The translations under genes and the position numbers were made by a program. The notes beneath the pieces were generated by a model. The model worked only from the letters and a program-made list of their open reading frames with translations, was not told the DNA's origin and searched no databases. 64,000 bases of DNA from an uncultured virus (IMG/VR IMGVR_UViG_3300008450_005828) (taxonomy: Duplodnaviria > Heunggongvirae > Uroviricota > Caudoviricetes). This document shows positions 18,888 through 28,359 of the stretch, piece after piece (the first letter of the stretch is position 1; each line of letters starts with the position of its first letter). The DNA lies in IMG/VR virus record IMGVR_UViG_3300008450_005828; one strand, written 5' to 3'.

Positions 18888-20163
18888 ATTGTTTTAACCA
18901 TGACATTTCAGGAAATACTGCCCAAAAGTTTTCTTTTCTATATCGATCAAGATTATTATTGTTTTCAATAAACTGCTTTAACTTTTCTTTATTCTCTGTT
19001 CCAGTATTCATAAACTGAACTACACTATCAATCTTTCCAATTACATCTTTAATTATTTCTGGCTTGTTCTTTGCTCGATCTTTTATTTTTTCAAATGCCC
19101 AAGATTTATAATCAAGATATTTTGCTCTTAATTCGATTTTAACACTTTCCGGAACGTTGTCAATTCTCATAAAGTCTGGTCCAGTAAGCATATTAAGTCT
19201 GCAATTTTCAATATCAACTAATCCACGCTCAACCCAATCCATGTGAAAGTCCGGCCAGTTCCAGGCATTATAAAGACTGACTGTGGGTGTTAGTTCGAAA
19301 TGTACGTGAGGTACACGTTCTAACATTTCTTGTCTGTTACGTTCAATTGTATTCCATACTGTTCCGTGTCTAGAATATTCTGCTCTATAACCATTACAGT
19401 CAAGGCTTGCGCTGACTTGAATGTCTGAAAATTCTTGCCAATAGTCTATAATAGACTTTTGCTTGTATCTAAAATTACTAAAGTTAGTTGTATATCTTAG
19501 ACGAACATCACGCTTGTTATTTTCTAGCCAATAGTCAAGAATTTGATAATGTTCGTCTGTGATAAGTGCTTCTCCGCCTGCAAAATATACTTCTTCAATG
19601 TCAGGCAAATACTTTGTTAAGTCATTCCAAAAGTTATTTTCTTTAGCAATATTAACTACAATCTTGCCATCGTTTTTTAGCATACGAGCAAGTTCGTGTT
19701 CTCCATACAAATCTTTAAATTCTTTGGCATGTTGACTGCTTAGTTCAGGTCCACAACTGCGACACTTCATATTACAGATATTTGAAAAACGTATGTCTAA
19801 GTATGCCATGCGAAATTCATCAATACTGCCGTCGTCTTTTGTTTTTTCTACCAAGTCAAAGTGTTTTTCACCAAACCAATGGTTGTGATTTTTTCTTAGC
19901 GTCCAAATATAAGTACTATCTTCGAGTTCATAACAACGGCTACATACATCAAGTTTTTTGCCTTCCAGCATCGCCAAACGCAATTCTTTGTATTTTTCGC
20001 TGTTCCAAACTTCTTCAATACTGTTGTCTTTTAAGTTTCCAAACGGTTGTGTACTATCGGAAATACAGCAAGGCATTGCGTTGCCATTTGGCCATACGTG
20101 CATGTGAATCCAAGGTAAAATACAAAATGCCCGATTCTTCTTTAATAATTCTTCTTTATCCAT
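18880..20163 (-). CDS. Radical SAM protein with N-terminal Cys-rich domain
   Basis: FCILPWIH...PCC...CSRC; DIRFSNICNMKCRSC; FAGGE. Confidence 0.9.
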   Translation of the reverse strand: MDKEELLKKNRAFCILPWIHMHVWPNGNAMPCCISDSTQPFGNLKDNSIEEVWNSEKYKELRLAMLEGKKLDVCSRCYELEDSTYIWTLRKNHNHWFGEKHFDLVEKTKDDGSIDEFRMAYLDIRFSNICNMKCRSCGPELSSQHAKEFKDLYGEHELARMLKNDGKIVVNIAKENNFWNDLTKYLPDIEEVYFAGGEALITDEHYQILDYWLENNKRDVRLRYTTNFSNFRYKQKSIIDYWQEFSDIQVSASLDCNGYRAEYSRHGTVWNTIERNRQEMLERVPHVHFELTPTVSLYNAWNWPDFHMDWVERGLVDIENCRLNMLTGPDFMRIDNVPESVKIELRAKYLDYKSWAFEKIKDRAKNKPEIIKDVIGKIDSVVQFMNTGTENKEKLKQFIENNNNLDRYRKENFWAVFPEMSWLKQYE

Positions 20164-21382
20164 TTAACATTTCACTCAATTCTGGAAACACACTTGTAAA
20201 ACTTTCTCCACGAATTTTATCACGTCTTTGTGTATGATGTGTAAACTGTTCGCGTTCTTTATCCCATTCGTCTGTTTGATTTGTAAATCTAATAGCATCT
20301 TGAATATGCATTGCTTGATACCAATCTCCAGCAATCATAAAATCATGCAAATCATTTAATTTGTCTGTTCCAAATTGCTTGATAGATTTTGGTAAAATTG
20401 TTGCAGCATAATAAGAAGGAGTTAACGCTCTATAGATGCTAATCATGTCTTTTTTACGCAACAGATCTTTTTCAATAAGATAGTTATAAAATTGATCGAG
20501 TGTTGCATAATTAAAAACACTTAGTACTGTGTTGTACTGATAGTCAATGTAATCTAAGTCTCTAATAGACTTTAAATTAGATTCTACAACAGCCCAGTCT
20601 GTTCCGTGACGTATATATTCAGCACGTTCTCCGTAGTGATCAATACTTGCTGAGATTTCTACACGCTTAAATCTACTCCAAAGATCAAGTACGTTGTATT
20701 TTTTATATTTAAAATTACTCATATTAGTATTGTAACGAAGTGTAATATTTTTGTTTACACCTTTGCGAATCATTTCTTCAAGAATTATATAATGTTCTTC
20801 TGTAATTAGTGGCTCGCCGCCAGCAAAGTATGCTAGATCAATATTTTCAACTTGATTTTTAATTTCTTCTAAAAGTTGACCTGTACTATCGGCGTGATTT
20901 ATAATTCTATAATCTTTGCTAACTGCTTCGTGTTGCTTCATTTCTTGAGCCCATTGGCTGGAAAATTCTGCACCACAAGTACGACACTTCATGTTACAGA
21001 TGTTAGAAAATCTTACATCAAAGTATTTCATAGAAAATTGTGGCATACTTCCGTCACTGTTTGTTAAAGTAACTAACTCATCAAAGTCTTTGCCAAAGTG
21101 TTCTATACTATATTTCCTAAAACTAAACGGCGAACTTTCTTCGTGTTTGTAGCAGTATGTACAAATTTTATTATTTTTGTCAGACAACATATCTAAACGC
21201 AATTGCTTCATTCGGTCATTATTAAAAATTTCAGCAAGTGAAGCATCTTTAACGTTAGCAAAAGGATCTGTATAATCAGAACTACAGCAAGGATAAACAT
21301 TACCTAGCGGAGTAACATTGAGATGTATCCACGGAAACATGCAAAACGTTTTGCTCTTGTTTAATAAGTAATCTTTATCCAT
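20156..21382 (-). CDS. Radical SAM protein with N-terminal Cys-rich domain; close paralog of 18880..20163
   Basis: FCMFPWIH...PCC...CTYC; DVRFSNICNMKCRTC; FAGGEP. Confidence 0.9.
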   Translation of the reverse strand: MDKDYLLNKSKTFCMFPWIHLNVTPLGNVYPCCSSDYTDPFANVKDASLAEIFNNDRMKQLRLDMLSDKNNKICTYCYKHEESSPFSFRKYSIEHFGKDFDELVTLTNSDGSMPQFSMKYFDVRFSNICNMKCRTCGAEFSSQWAQEMKQHEAVSKDYRIINHADSTGQLLEEIKNQVENIDLAYFAGGEPLITEEHYIILEEMIRKGVNKNITLRYNTNMSNFKYKKYNVLDLWSRFKRVEISASIDHYGERAEYIRHGTDWAVVESNLKSIRDLDYIDYQYNTVLSVFNYATLDQFYNYLIEKDLLRKKDMISIYRALTPSYYAATILPKSIKQFGTDKLNDLHDFMIAGDWYQAMHIQDAIRFTNQTDEWDKEREQFTHHTQRRDKIRGESFTSVFPELSEMLNG

Positions 21383-22757
21383 TTGCTGCTTGCTTACACA
21401 GTTGGAAAAAATCGTTCATTTCAGGAAAAGTAGATTCAAAATCTATGTTACGTCTACGATCTTGTTCTTTAAAGAAATTCCAAAAGTCTTTTCTACCTTC
21501 GTGTATTTTTTCAGGAGCATATTCTGTGCTACGCATGTAATCAACTACACGTCTAAACTTTTCATATTCAAGTTCACTAAAATGAACTTTGCTACCTTCT
21601 TGAACGTTGTCTTTGATAAACTGTAGATGCTGTTCCATATACTGCATATATCGTTCTTTAGGAAGAATATTGATGTCGTATTGTAGAGGTTCTTTTAAAT
21701 AAGGTGTATCAAAATGAATACGCTGCCAACGACTGCTTTCAACATCGTTGTATTTACGACGCCATTCGAGAATTTTTTCAAGCAGAGTTTGAAACGTAGT
21801 TACACTAAAAATATTAAACGTAATCATAAATGTAACTGGAGCAGTTGTATTACGCAAAAAATAATCTAAGTTTCTTTCAAATACTTCTATGTCAAGGCCA
21901 TCACGAATGTATTCAGCACGTTCATTCCAAGTGTCAACACTTGTAAATAACTTAAATTGTTTAATCTTATTTTGAGATAGCAAACTGTTTACAGCATCAG
22001 TAAACTTTTCAAGTTGACGTTCTTTGCCGCCAAGGTTGCTGTTGACGTTTAGTTCGAGATTGGGCTTAGGATCTTGCTCTAGTAAATCAAATAGTTTGTA
22101 TGTACTTTTTTGAATTGTTGGTTCGCCGCCAGTAACACGTAAAATGTTCAGAGTTTTACTAACCTCCGGCCACCATTTCCACCAAGCATGAAGATAAGGA
22201 TTGTTATCTTCATCATAGACTTTAAACCAGTCAATGTCACAGCGATGATTGTTTACCATATCATACGGACCGTGCTGTCGTATTTCATTGTGAAAGCGGC
22301 TACTGGCCTTAGGATGGCAATATCCACAACGGAAGTTACATTCGTTACCAAATGAAATTTCAATATACTCAGGATTTACGTTAAAGTCCCAAGGATTAAA
22401 TTTAATTTCTTGTAGACGTTGTTCGTTATAGATACTAGCACTGCGTATGTGTCTATCACTTACGTAGTCTTTGCCCATATTTTCAATGTTCCAGCAATAT
22501 TGACAACCTTTTGGTTGTTTGCCCTCGAGCATTTCTCTACGCTCTTGCTTTTTTTGCTGTGTATTGTGTAATGCACTAGGATTGGTTAACAATTCATCTA
22601 CTGAAATTTTGTGAGGGGCAGGATGATAACAACTGTGTGTTTCTCCAGTTTGCAAATAAATTGTTGTATGATGCCATTTAGCAAAACAAAATGTTGGGCT
22701 AAAATGTCGTGTAGTAACGTCGTTTACATTTTTAATGTAATCCTGTGTTTTTGACAT
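21375..22757 (-). CDS. Radical SAM protein with N-terminal Cys/His-rich domain
   Basis: FCFAKWHH...SCYH...CQYC; CNFRCGYC; TGGEP. Confidence 0.9.
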   Translation of the reverse strand: MSKTQDYIKNVNDVTTRHFSPTFCFAKWHHTTIYLQTGETHSCYHPAPHKISVDELLTNPSALHNTQQKKQERREMLEGKQPKGCQYCWNIENMGKDYVSDRHIRSASIYNEQRLQEIKFNPWDFNVNPEYIEISFGNECNFRCGYCHPKASSRFHNEIRQHGPYDMVNNHRCDIDWFKVYDEDNNPYLHAWWKWWPEVSKTLNILRVTGGEPTIQKSTYKLFDLLEQDPKPNLELNVNSNLGGKERQLEKFTDAVNSLLSQNKIKQFKLFTSVDTWNERAEYIRDGLDIEVFERNLDYFLRNTTAPVTFMITFNIFSVTTFQTLLEKILEWRRKYNDVESSRWQRIHFDTPYLKEPLQYDINILPKERYMQYMEQHLQFIKDNVQEGSKVHFSELEYEKFRRVVDYMRSTEYAPEKIHEGRKDFWNFFKEQDRRRNIDFESTFPEMNDFFQLCKQAANG

Positions 22758-23686
22758 TAATCTTCTCTATCTATGAACTGCTGATTAGTAGTTCTTGCTG
22801 GGTTTTGATAAACGGTTTTAAAGAATTTACTTTGATCTGCTTCTAGTGGATATGCTGCAATCGGCAAATCTAGAACTGGAATAAGTACGTCTGCTAAGTC
22901 TTCACACTTACGAACAAGATTTTCTTCGTCTACTTTTTTAGTAACAGTGTTTTCCCAATACTCATTTAGCCAATCAAAGTCACGAACATTTACATAATCC
23001 CAGTCAGTAAGCATGGTTTTATAAAGGCCTTCTCTAGCACCGTATATGCCCCACATACCGTTCTCAACATCTGCGCCAACCATGAGCCAAATATAAAGTC
23101 TGTGTAGATTTTTCCAATGATTCTTTTTAAATGCTTCTACAGTCGGCTTGACACCACGGTCCAGTGCCATTTTAACACCTTCTCTAAATCCTGCACGCCA
23201 TGCTTGTTGCGGTGTAGCGTTGTTGTAGATTTCACTATAACAACTGTTCATTTGGATATATTCAAGATCCCAGCAAAAATCTACCTGTGCATGTGGATTG
23301 TTAGGATCTGCGTTTTCGTGTGTACGCATGTTCAAAACATATTCTTTTGGCCAACATTTTAGGCCGCCATTGCCATACATTAATCCATTAATTGTATTAC
23401 GGGCAGTCCAACTAATAACACACTTTTCTAGATCTCTGTTTTCGTCAAAATCAAATTCTTTTGTAAGAAATTCTTGGCTGATAACATTATCGCCGTCGAC
23501 TGTGATGAATCTGTCAGTTTCGCTTAGTCTAGCACAGGCTTTGTGTGCAGCATCACTGCCTTTGACACCATGTACACGTTTTGCCCATGGAATTTTTTTA
23601 CACAAGTCTGCATAATTTTTTTCAGCGTTTGGCTCGTCATATGACAAATAAATTATATCATAGTCAAGCACTCTAAATTTACCCAT
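22757..23686 (-). CDS. Putative GT-A fold glycosyltransferase
   Basis: DIIYLSYDE strand, AHKACA helix, FITVDGDN (DxD). Confidence 0.55.
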   Translation of the reverse strand: MGKFRVLDYDIIYLSYDEPNAEKNYADLCKKIPWAKRVHGVKGSDAAHKACARLSETDRFITVDGDNVISQEFLTKEFDFDENRDLEKCVISWTARNTINGLMYGNGGLKCWPKEYVLNMRTHENADPNNPHAQVDFCWDLEYIQMNSCYSEIYNNATPQQAWRAGFREGVKMALDRGVKPTVEAFKKNHWKNLHRLYIWLMVGADVENGMWGIYGAREGLYKTMLTDWDYVNVRDFDWLNEYWENTVTKKVDEENLVRKCEDLADVLIPVLDLPIAAYPLEADQSKFFKTVYQNPARTTNQQFIDRED

Positions 23687-24263
23687 TTAATACCTCATGC
23701 GAATATGTTTCTAGACGTTTTATAGTATATACACTTAATGCGTTTGGGTCAAGTTCTATTTGGTTTTCAAAGTCAATATGTAAATCTTGTTCAATTAGTG
23801 AATTCAATTCTATAGTTAAAAACTTTTCCAGTTGATGTGGGTCGTTGTATCGTGTAAAACTAAAGTTAAGAGATTTTGTAAAAATCATCTTTTTAGATTT
23901 AAAATTATCTCTAATGATTTCATCTAACACAATTGTCCATTTTTTATTAGGGATGTCTTGTATGATTTTGATATCAGTTCTTGCACTACTATTAGGAATT
24001 TTATATATTTGATTGTTTACATCAAACGTAAAATCTTCTTCGTTAAGTTTATGTTTTAATACATAACTTTTAGAAACAGTATCAAACGCTACATAATAAT
24101 GAAAAAAGTGTTCTTTACCAGTAATTAAATTTGCAATGTCTGCAAATTCAACTTCGACATAGTTACCTGGCTCAGTATTAACATTTGATACCGCAGTTAA
24201 ATTACCATCTTCGTCGAAGTAGACATATCGTTTAGTTGAAACATAAAGAATACTTTCAAACAT
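23679..24263 (-). CDS. Hypothetical protein
   Basis: ORF translationally coupled to both neighbours. Confidence 0.7.
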   Translation of the reverse strand: MFESILYVSTKRYVYFDEDGNLTAVSNVNTEPGNYVEVEFADIANLITGKEHFFHYYVAFDTVSKSYVLKHKLNEEDFTFDVNNQIYKIPNSSARTDIKIIQDIPNKKWTIVLDEIIRDNFKSKKMIFTKSLNFSFTRYNDPHQLEKFLTIELNSLIEQDLHIDFENQIELDPNALSVYTIKRLETYSHEVLNG

Positions 24264-25095
24264 TTAAATATCTTTCATAAATTTTTATAACATCATCTGT
24301 AACAAAATCTTTTTCTGTATAATGAAATATTCCGTTTTGCTTGTAATTTCCAATTTTTAGATCAAGATCATTATCTAAGTATACACCTACTTTGTCTTGC
24401 CACCGTTCACTGGTTAAGATTTTCCAATCTTGTGTATGGATCTTCATATGAGTAAAATGCGGATATGTTGCTTTGCTTGTAACACGCTCCTCACAGTCTA
24501 GTATCTTAGTTACAATTGCAGCACTAATATCTACACTGGCAAATTTTTGAAAATACTTTCCACCTGCATATTGTCCATAAAACAGTTCCCAGTTGTTCAT
24601 CACTAACTCAAGCCATTTATAAAAGTTGTGTGCTTCGTCGCTTTTTTCAAAGTAATGAAATCCACTGTATAGATTGGGCAGTTGATGATTTCTAAATGCT
24701 TTACGATAATAGATGCTAGTTAAAGGAGTTCCTCTATAGGTTTTTACGTTAGTAGTAAAAAATATCTTATAGTTTTTTAGAAAATTCCACCAATGCTCGA
24801 CATTTTCAAGTACTAACATATCAGTATCTATCACAATTGTACGGTCATACGGTGTAGCATGATAAATTTTCCACCGATTTTCTACTTTCCATTCTGATGA
24901 CTGTGCAGAATCTTCCCAAGGAATACTAACAATATCATCGAACACTGCTGAATGTTTTTTGTCAAGTGTGTCGTTGGTAATAAGACAAATTTTACTGTCA
25001 GGATTGGTAGCACGAATACTTAATGCACACAAGTATGCTTGTTTTACATAGTTGTGTGTGCTGTTCTGTGCAAGCATTGTAAAATTAACTGTCAT
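24256..25095 (-). CDS. GT-A fold glycosyltransferase (GT8-like)
   Basis: ALSIR, TPYDRTIVIDTDMLV (DxD), NLYSGFHYF, SVD, HFTHMK. Confidence 0.65.
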   Translation of the reverse strand: MTVNFTMLAQNSTHNYVKQAYLCALSIRATNPDSKICLITNDTLDKKHSAVFDDIVSIPWEDSAQSSEWKVENRWKIYHATPYDRTIVIDTDMLVLENVEHWWNFLKNYKIFFTTNVKTYRGTPLTSIYYRKAFRNHQLPNLYSGFHYFEKSDEAHNFYKWLELVMNNWELFYGQYAGGKYFQKFASVDISAAIVTKILDCEERVTSKATYPHFTHMKIHTQDWKILTSERWQDKVGVYLDNDLDLKIGNYKQNGIFHYTEKDFVTDDVIKIYERYLNV

Positions 25096-25933
25096 TGTCT
25101 ATTACTCTACCAAGACTAAACTTATTCATAACATGAACGTTGCTGTTTTTTATTTTTGTAGGAAAGTATTTTCCTGCTTCGTTTTCTTTTTCTAATAAAA
25201 TTAAAAAATTTTCATTGTTGATTTCAACTAACAAGTCTCTGTCAATTGAATAATACATTGTACCCGGCATTGGTTTAGCAAAGTCACCTGCTTGAAATCC
25301 GTTCATCATATGAATTGCTATACTAAAAGCATGATCATTTCTAAAAACACTTGTGCGTATTTGATAAAGATTTCGATAATGTAACCAATTTTCTTGTATG
25401 TGTTTTATTAAGTTAAAAAAAACTTTATTAGTTTCTGTTTTTCTAAAAAAAACTGCTGTTGCCCAGTAAAAATTTGGACCAACTTCGCTGATAGAGTTAA
25501 ATTCTGATACATCTCTCCATCCGGCTAAATCAAACGCATCTTGATAAATTAAAAAGTCATGTGCTTGTGTAAAACAATTAGACAATAAATTATTTGCAAT
25601 TATAAAATCTGTATCAAGTAGGAGTGTTTCGTTGTAAGGAGTTAAATCAAATACACTGCTTCTACTTGTATTTTTAAATTCAAGATTTTTTCTAGTCCAA
25701 GATCCGTCGTAGTATTTTTTATATGTATATGAAGATTCTTTTTCTAGTTCAATAACTTTATCAAACACAGACATTGAATCTGTGTATCTTTCATTAAGAT
25801 ATTGTACATTGTCTGTTATAATACTAACCGGTAAGTTTAAGTAATTTTTAATACGCTTTGCCGAAAATACTGCTTGTTTTACATAATCAACTTCGCTGTT
25901 ATTTCTTGCGATAAGCAAAACACCTTTGCTCAT
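25085..25933 (-). CDS. GT-A fold glycosyltransferase-like protein, paralog of 24256..25095
   Basis: DYVKQA, TPYNETLLLDTDF (DxD), FRND.AFSIA, HVMNK. Confidence 0.6.
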   Translation of the reverse strand: MSKGVLLIARNNSEVDYVKQAVFSAKRIKNYLNLPVSIITDNVQYLNERYTDSMSVFDKVIELEKESSYTYKKYYDGSWTRKNLEFKNTSRSSVFDLTPYNETLLLDTDFIIANNLLSNCFTQAHDFLIYQDAFDLAGWRDVSEFNSISEVGPNFYWATAVFFRKTETNKVFFNLIKHIQENWLHYRNLYQIRTSVFRNDHAFSIAIHMMNGFQAGDFAKPMPGTMYYSIDRDLLVEINNENFLILLEKENEAGKYFPTKIKNSNVHVMNKFSLGRVIDNDS

Positions 25934-26277
25934 AAATCGATTATACCTTCAACTGTTCTGTTGCTTTTTAATTTGTTGTATTCAATTAAATATTTGTTGG
26001 TTGCTGCAAAGTAAACACCAACGATACTTTTGGTAAATTCAAACAACTCTTCAATTTCTACTGGTATTCCGTTATCATCAACTAGGATTGTTTCAGTTTG
26101 CTTTAAAGCAATAAGTGCTTGACAGAAACTAACTAACTCTTGTTTTACTGTAAACTGGCCACCGTTGAAATAATATACAATATCATTTTGATATTGTTCT
26201 TTTAAAACACGTTTTTGATTGTTTAGTGTGATCATATAATTACTAAAATCAAGTGCTTGTTTTAGTTTTTCGTCCAT
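25930..26277 (-). CDS. Hypothetical protein, first gene of the GT/radical SAM operon
   Basis: AGGAG RBS; stop overlaps the next start. Confidence 0.7.
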   Translation of the reverse strand: MDEKLKQALDFSNYMITLNNQKRVLKEQYQNDIVYYFNGGQFTVKQELVSFCQALIALKQTETILVDDNGIPVEIEELFEFTKSIVGVYFAATNKYLIEYNKLKSNRTVEGIIDL

Positions 26278-26299
26278 AGATTACTCCTATCGTATTGAT

Positions 26300-26328
26300 A
26301 TAATACGACATTTTTTAATATTTGTCAA
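26300..26328 (-). promoter_or_regulatory. Sigma70-type promoter
   Basis: TTGACA (26323-26328), 17 nt spacer, TATTAT (26300-26305), upstream of ATG 26277. Confidence 0.7.
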
Positions 26329-26334
26329 ATAATT

Positions 26335-27363
26335 TTAAGCAGGAGGAGTTAAATTGTCACTGGTAAGTGCAATTGCTGTTGCTAGTGTCGGGGCTGCCAA
26401 ACTAACTGCGGTATACGATGCTGAGTTATATATAAACGAACTGTTTGGTCTACCAGTGTTAACTGTGCTAGTTGTTGTACCAGTTACTGGTTCGTCAATT
26501 GGAGTTCCACCAACTGGACTTCCTGCATTAGTACCAGTATCACCGTCATTGAATTCAATTCTAAATCTCAATGTTGATCCAGAAAGTAACCCAGATATAG
26601 TATAATCGTTGTCTGCATATACTCCAGATCCTGCTTTAATAAACAACTGTCTGTAACTAGATGTTAAACTGCTAAAACCGCTGCCTCCAGAACCAGCCGG
26701 AGTTGGGGTACCAGATGATGCTGTTATTCTAAATTTATTAAATGTAATAGTACCCATTGCACTTAGCAAACCTTGCCAGTCTGTGTCTTTTGATCCACTG
26801 CCGCCAGTTAGACTAGCAGTAAAACGTATTTCACCACCTGCATTAAAATAAAAATTCATTGCGTTAACAGTAGGAAATGTTACAGTTACTACATGATAAA
26901 TGCTTTCAACCTGGCCTGTGCCGCCCCACTGAGTACTTCGTGAACTGTTAAGCGGTGTTCCTGGGCTAAAACTAGTTATTGAAAACCCAGTTACACTAGG
27001 ATCAAAGTTACTCACAGTGTTTATTAACGACTCGTAATCATTAATACCTTGTATTGTACCGTCAGCCGGTGTTGCTTTTGCACCTGTAGTTTGGTTAAAA
27101 GTTTGAGACTGATTTGCACCAACAGTTTGTCCTGTTGGCGGTACTGCAACAGTGGTGCTTACACTACCAACTTGATGCACATACGTTCCTTGTGCATCGA
27201 GAAATAGATCTAGCATCTGTTCAGAGGTAACCGAGTCAACTGTGGCTGCAACTGTTGTAGACCTCATGGTCTGTCCATATTGTGTTGCATAGATACTGGA
27301 CAAAGTACTTCTGATTGAATTATAAGAACTAGCTGTTAAAGAGGATCCGGTTGATACAGGCAT
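26335..27363 (-). CDS. Ser/Thr/Gly-rich virion structural protein
   Basis: Composition and position; shares YVHQ.G, FN.GGEIR, DWQ.LL, DEPV.G with 27401..28330. Confidence 0.6.
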   Translation of the reverse strand: MPVSTGSSLTASSYNSIRSTLSSIYATQYGQTMRSTTVAATVDSVTSEQMLDLFLDAQGTYVHQVGSVSTTVAVPPTGQTVGANQSQTFNQTTGAKATPADGTIQGINDYESLINTVSNFDPSVTGFSITSFSPGTPLNSSRSTQWGGTGQVESIYHVVTVTFPTVNAMNFYFNAGGEIRFTASLTGGSGSKDTDWQGLLSAMGTITFNKFRITASSGTPTPAGSGGSGFSSLTSSYRQLFIKAGSGVYADNDYTISGLLSGSTLRFRIEFNDGDTGTNAGSPVGGTPIDEPVTGTTTSTVNTGRPNSSFIYNSASYTAVSLAAPTLATAIALTSDNLTPPA

Positions 27364-27400
27364 TAGTTTTTCTCCTAGTACTTATATATAGTTTCTGTCA

Positions 27401-28330
27401 TTACAAACTTTGTATAGTTTGATATGCAGGAGAAGGCACTGACACATAAGAACCAGTTGCTCTGTATTGAGATATCGAACTTAACAACGTACCTTCGACT
27501 GGCTCGTCAACGTTGTTACTTAGATCATCGGTGAATTCAACTAAGAATGTAACAACTCCTGATGTTTGATCGCCCTTGGCTTTAACTACAAATGTGTTAC
27601 CTGTATAAACACTTGTACCAGATTTTGTATAAAGTGTTTGATACGTACTTGTTAAGTCAAAGTTACCTAAACTAGACGATATACCAGAACTTGCAGTAAC
27701 AGTTGTATAGTTAAATCTCAAAGTTCCAATTGACTGTAATAGATTTTGCCAATCAATAAATTTTGAAGTAGACGAAGGAGGGCTGGAAATTGATGGTACA
27801 ATTCTTATTTCGCCGCCGCTGTTAAAGAAATGTCTTCTGTGATCTGCGGCAGTGGCTGTACCCGATGTTCCATCCGAATTTATAACAGTATAACCACCAG
27901 TAAATGTTACAGTAAATTCATGACGCACTGTTTGAGGTTGCGATGCGCCACCCCACGCTGATGTACGCTGACTACTTAACTTATTTTCTACTGTTGCTTG
28001 TGACGAGTCTAATGCAAATCTATTAATTTCTGCATAAACAAACGTTGAAATATTTTCGTATTGAGCATAAACTGTATCTGTTATTTCGTCTGCGGAAGCA
28101 ACAATACTCGTTAGGGTAGGAAGACTTCCTGTTTGGTGTACATATGCTTTTTCTAAATCAGATTTTAAATTTTGCATGTGTAGAGCATTAACAGTATTTG
28201 TTGTTGCTACTGTTGTGCTAACTGGTCTTTGTCCATATCCTAAATTTCCGCTGCCGTTGCCTAAAACAGCAATTGCCTTTGCTTGCATACTATTGTATCG
28301 CGCTGCGGTAATTATCTCTCCAACTGCCAT
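27401..28330 (-). CDS. Virion structural protein, paralog of 26335..27363
   Basis: Shared motifs with the neighbour; TATAAATA upstream (28357-28364, minus). Confidence 0.6.
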   Translation of the reverse strand: MAVGEIITAARYNSMQAKAIAVLGNGSGNLGYGQRPVSTTVATTNTVNALHMQNLKSDLEKAYVHQTGSLPTLTSIVASADEITDTVYAQYENISTFVYAEINRFALDSSQATVENKLSSQRTSAWGGASQPQTVRHEFTVTFTGGYTVINSDGTSGTATAADHRRHFFNSGGEIRIVPSISSPPSSTSKFIDWQNLLQSIGTLRFNYTTVTASSGISSSLGNFDLTSTYQTLYTKSGTSVYTGNTFVVKAKGDQTSGVVTFLVEFTDDLSNNVDEPVEGTLLSSISQYRATGSYVSVPSPAYQTIQSL

Positions 28331-28359
28331 TACTTATTCCTATAAACTGCTAGTTTTAT

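Noticed and set aside
1..22757. Radical SAM genes as a 7-deazaguanine DNA-modification pathway (QueE) or as NrdG/MoaA housekeeping enzymes
   Set aside because: No QueC, QueD, FolE, DpdA or NrdD is recognisable in the window, and the auxiliary Cys domains and sugar-enzyme context do not fit. DNA modification of another type is not excluded.
1..26277. RiPP cluster with SPASM maturases
   Set aside because: No precursor peptide, RRE domain, peptidase or exporter was seen. The only tiny ORF (11596-11640) is explained as a duplication remnant.
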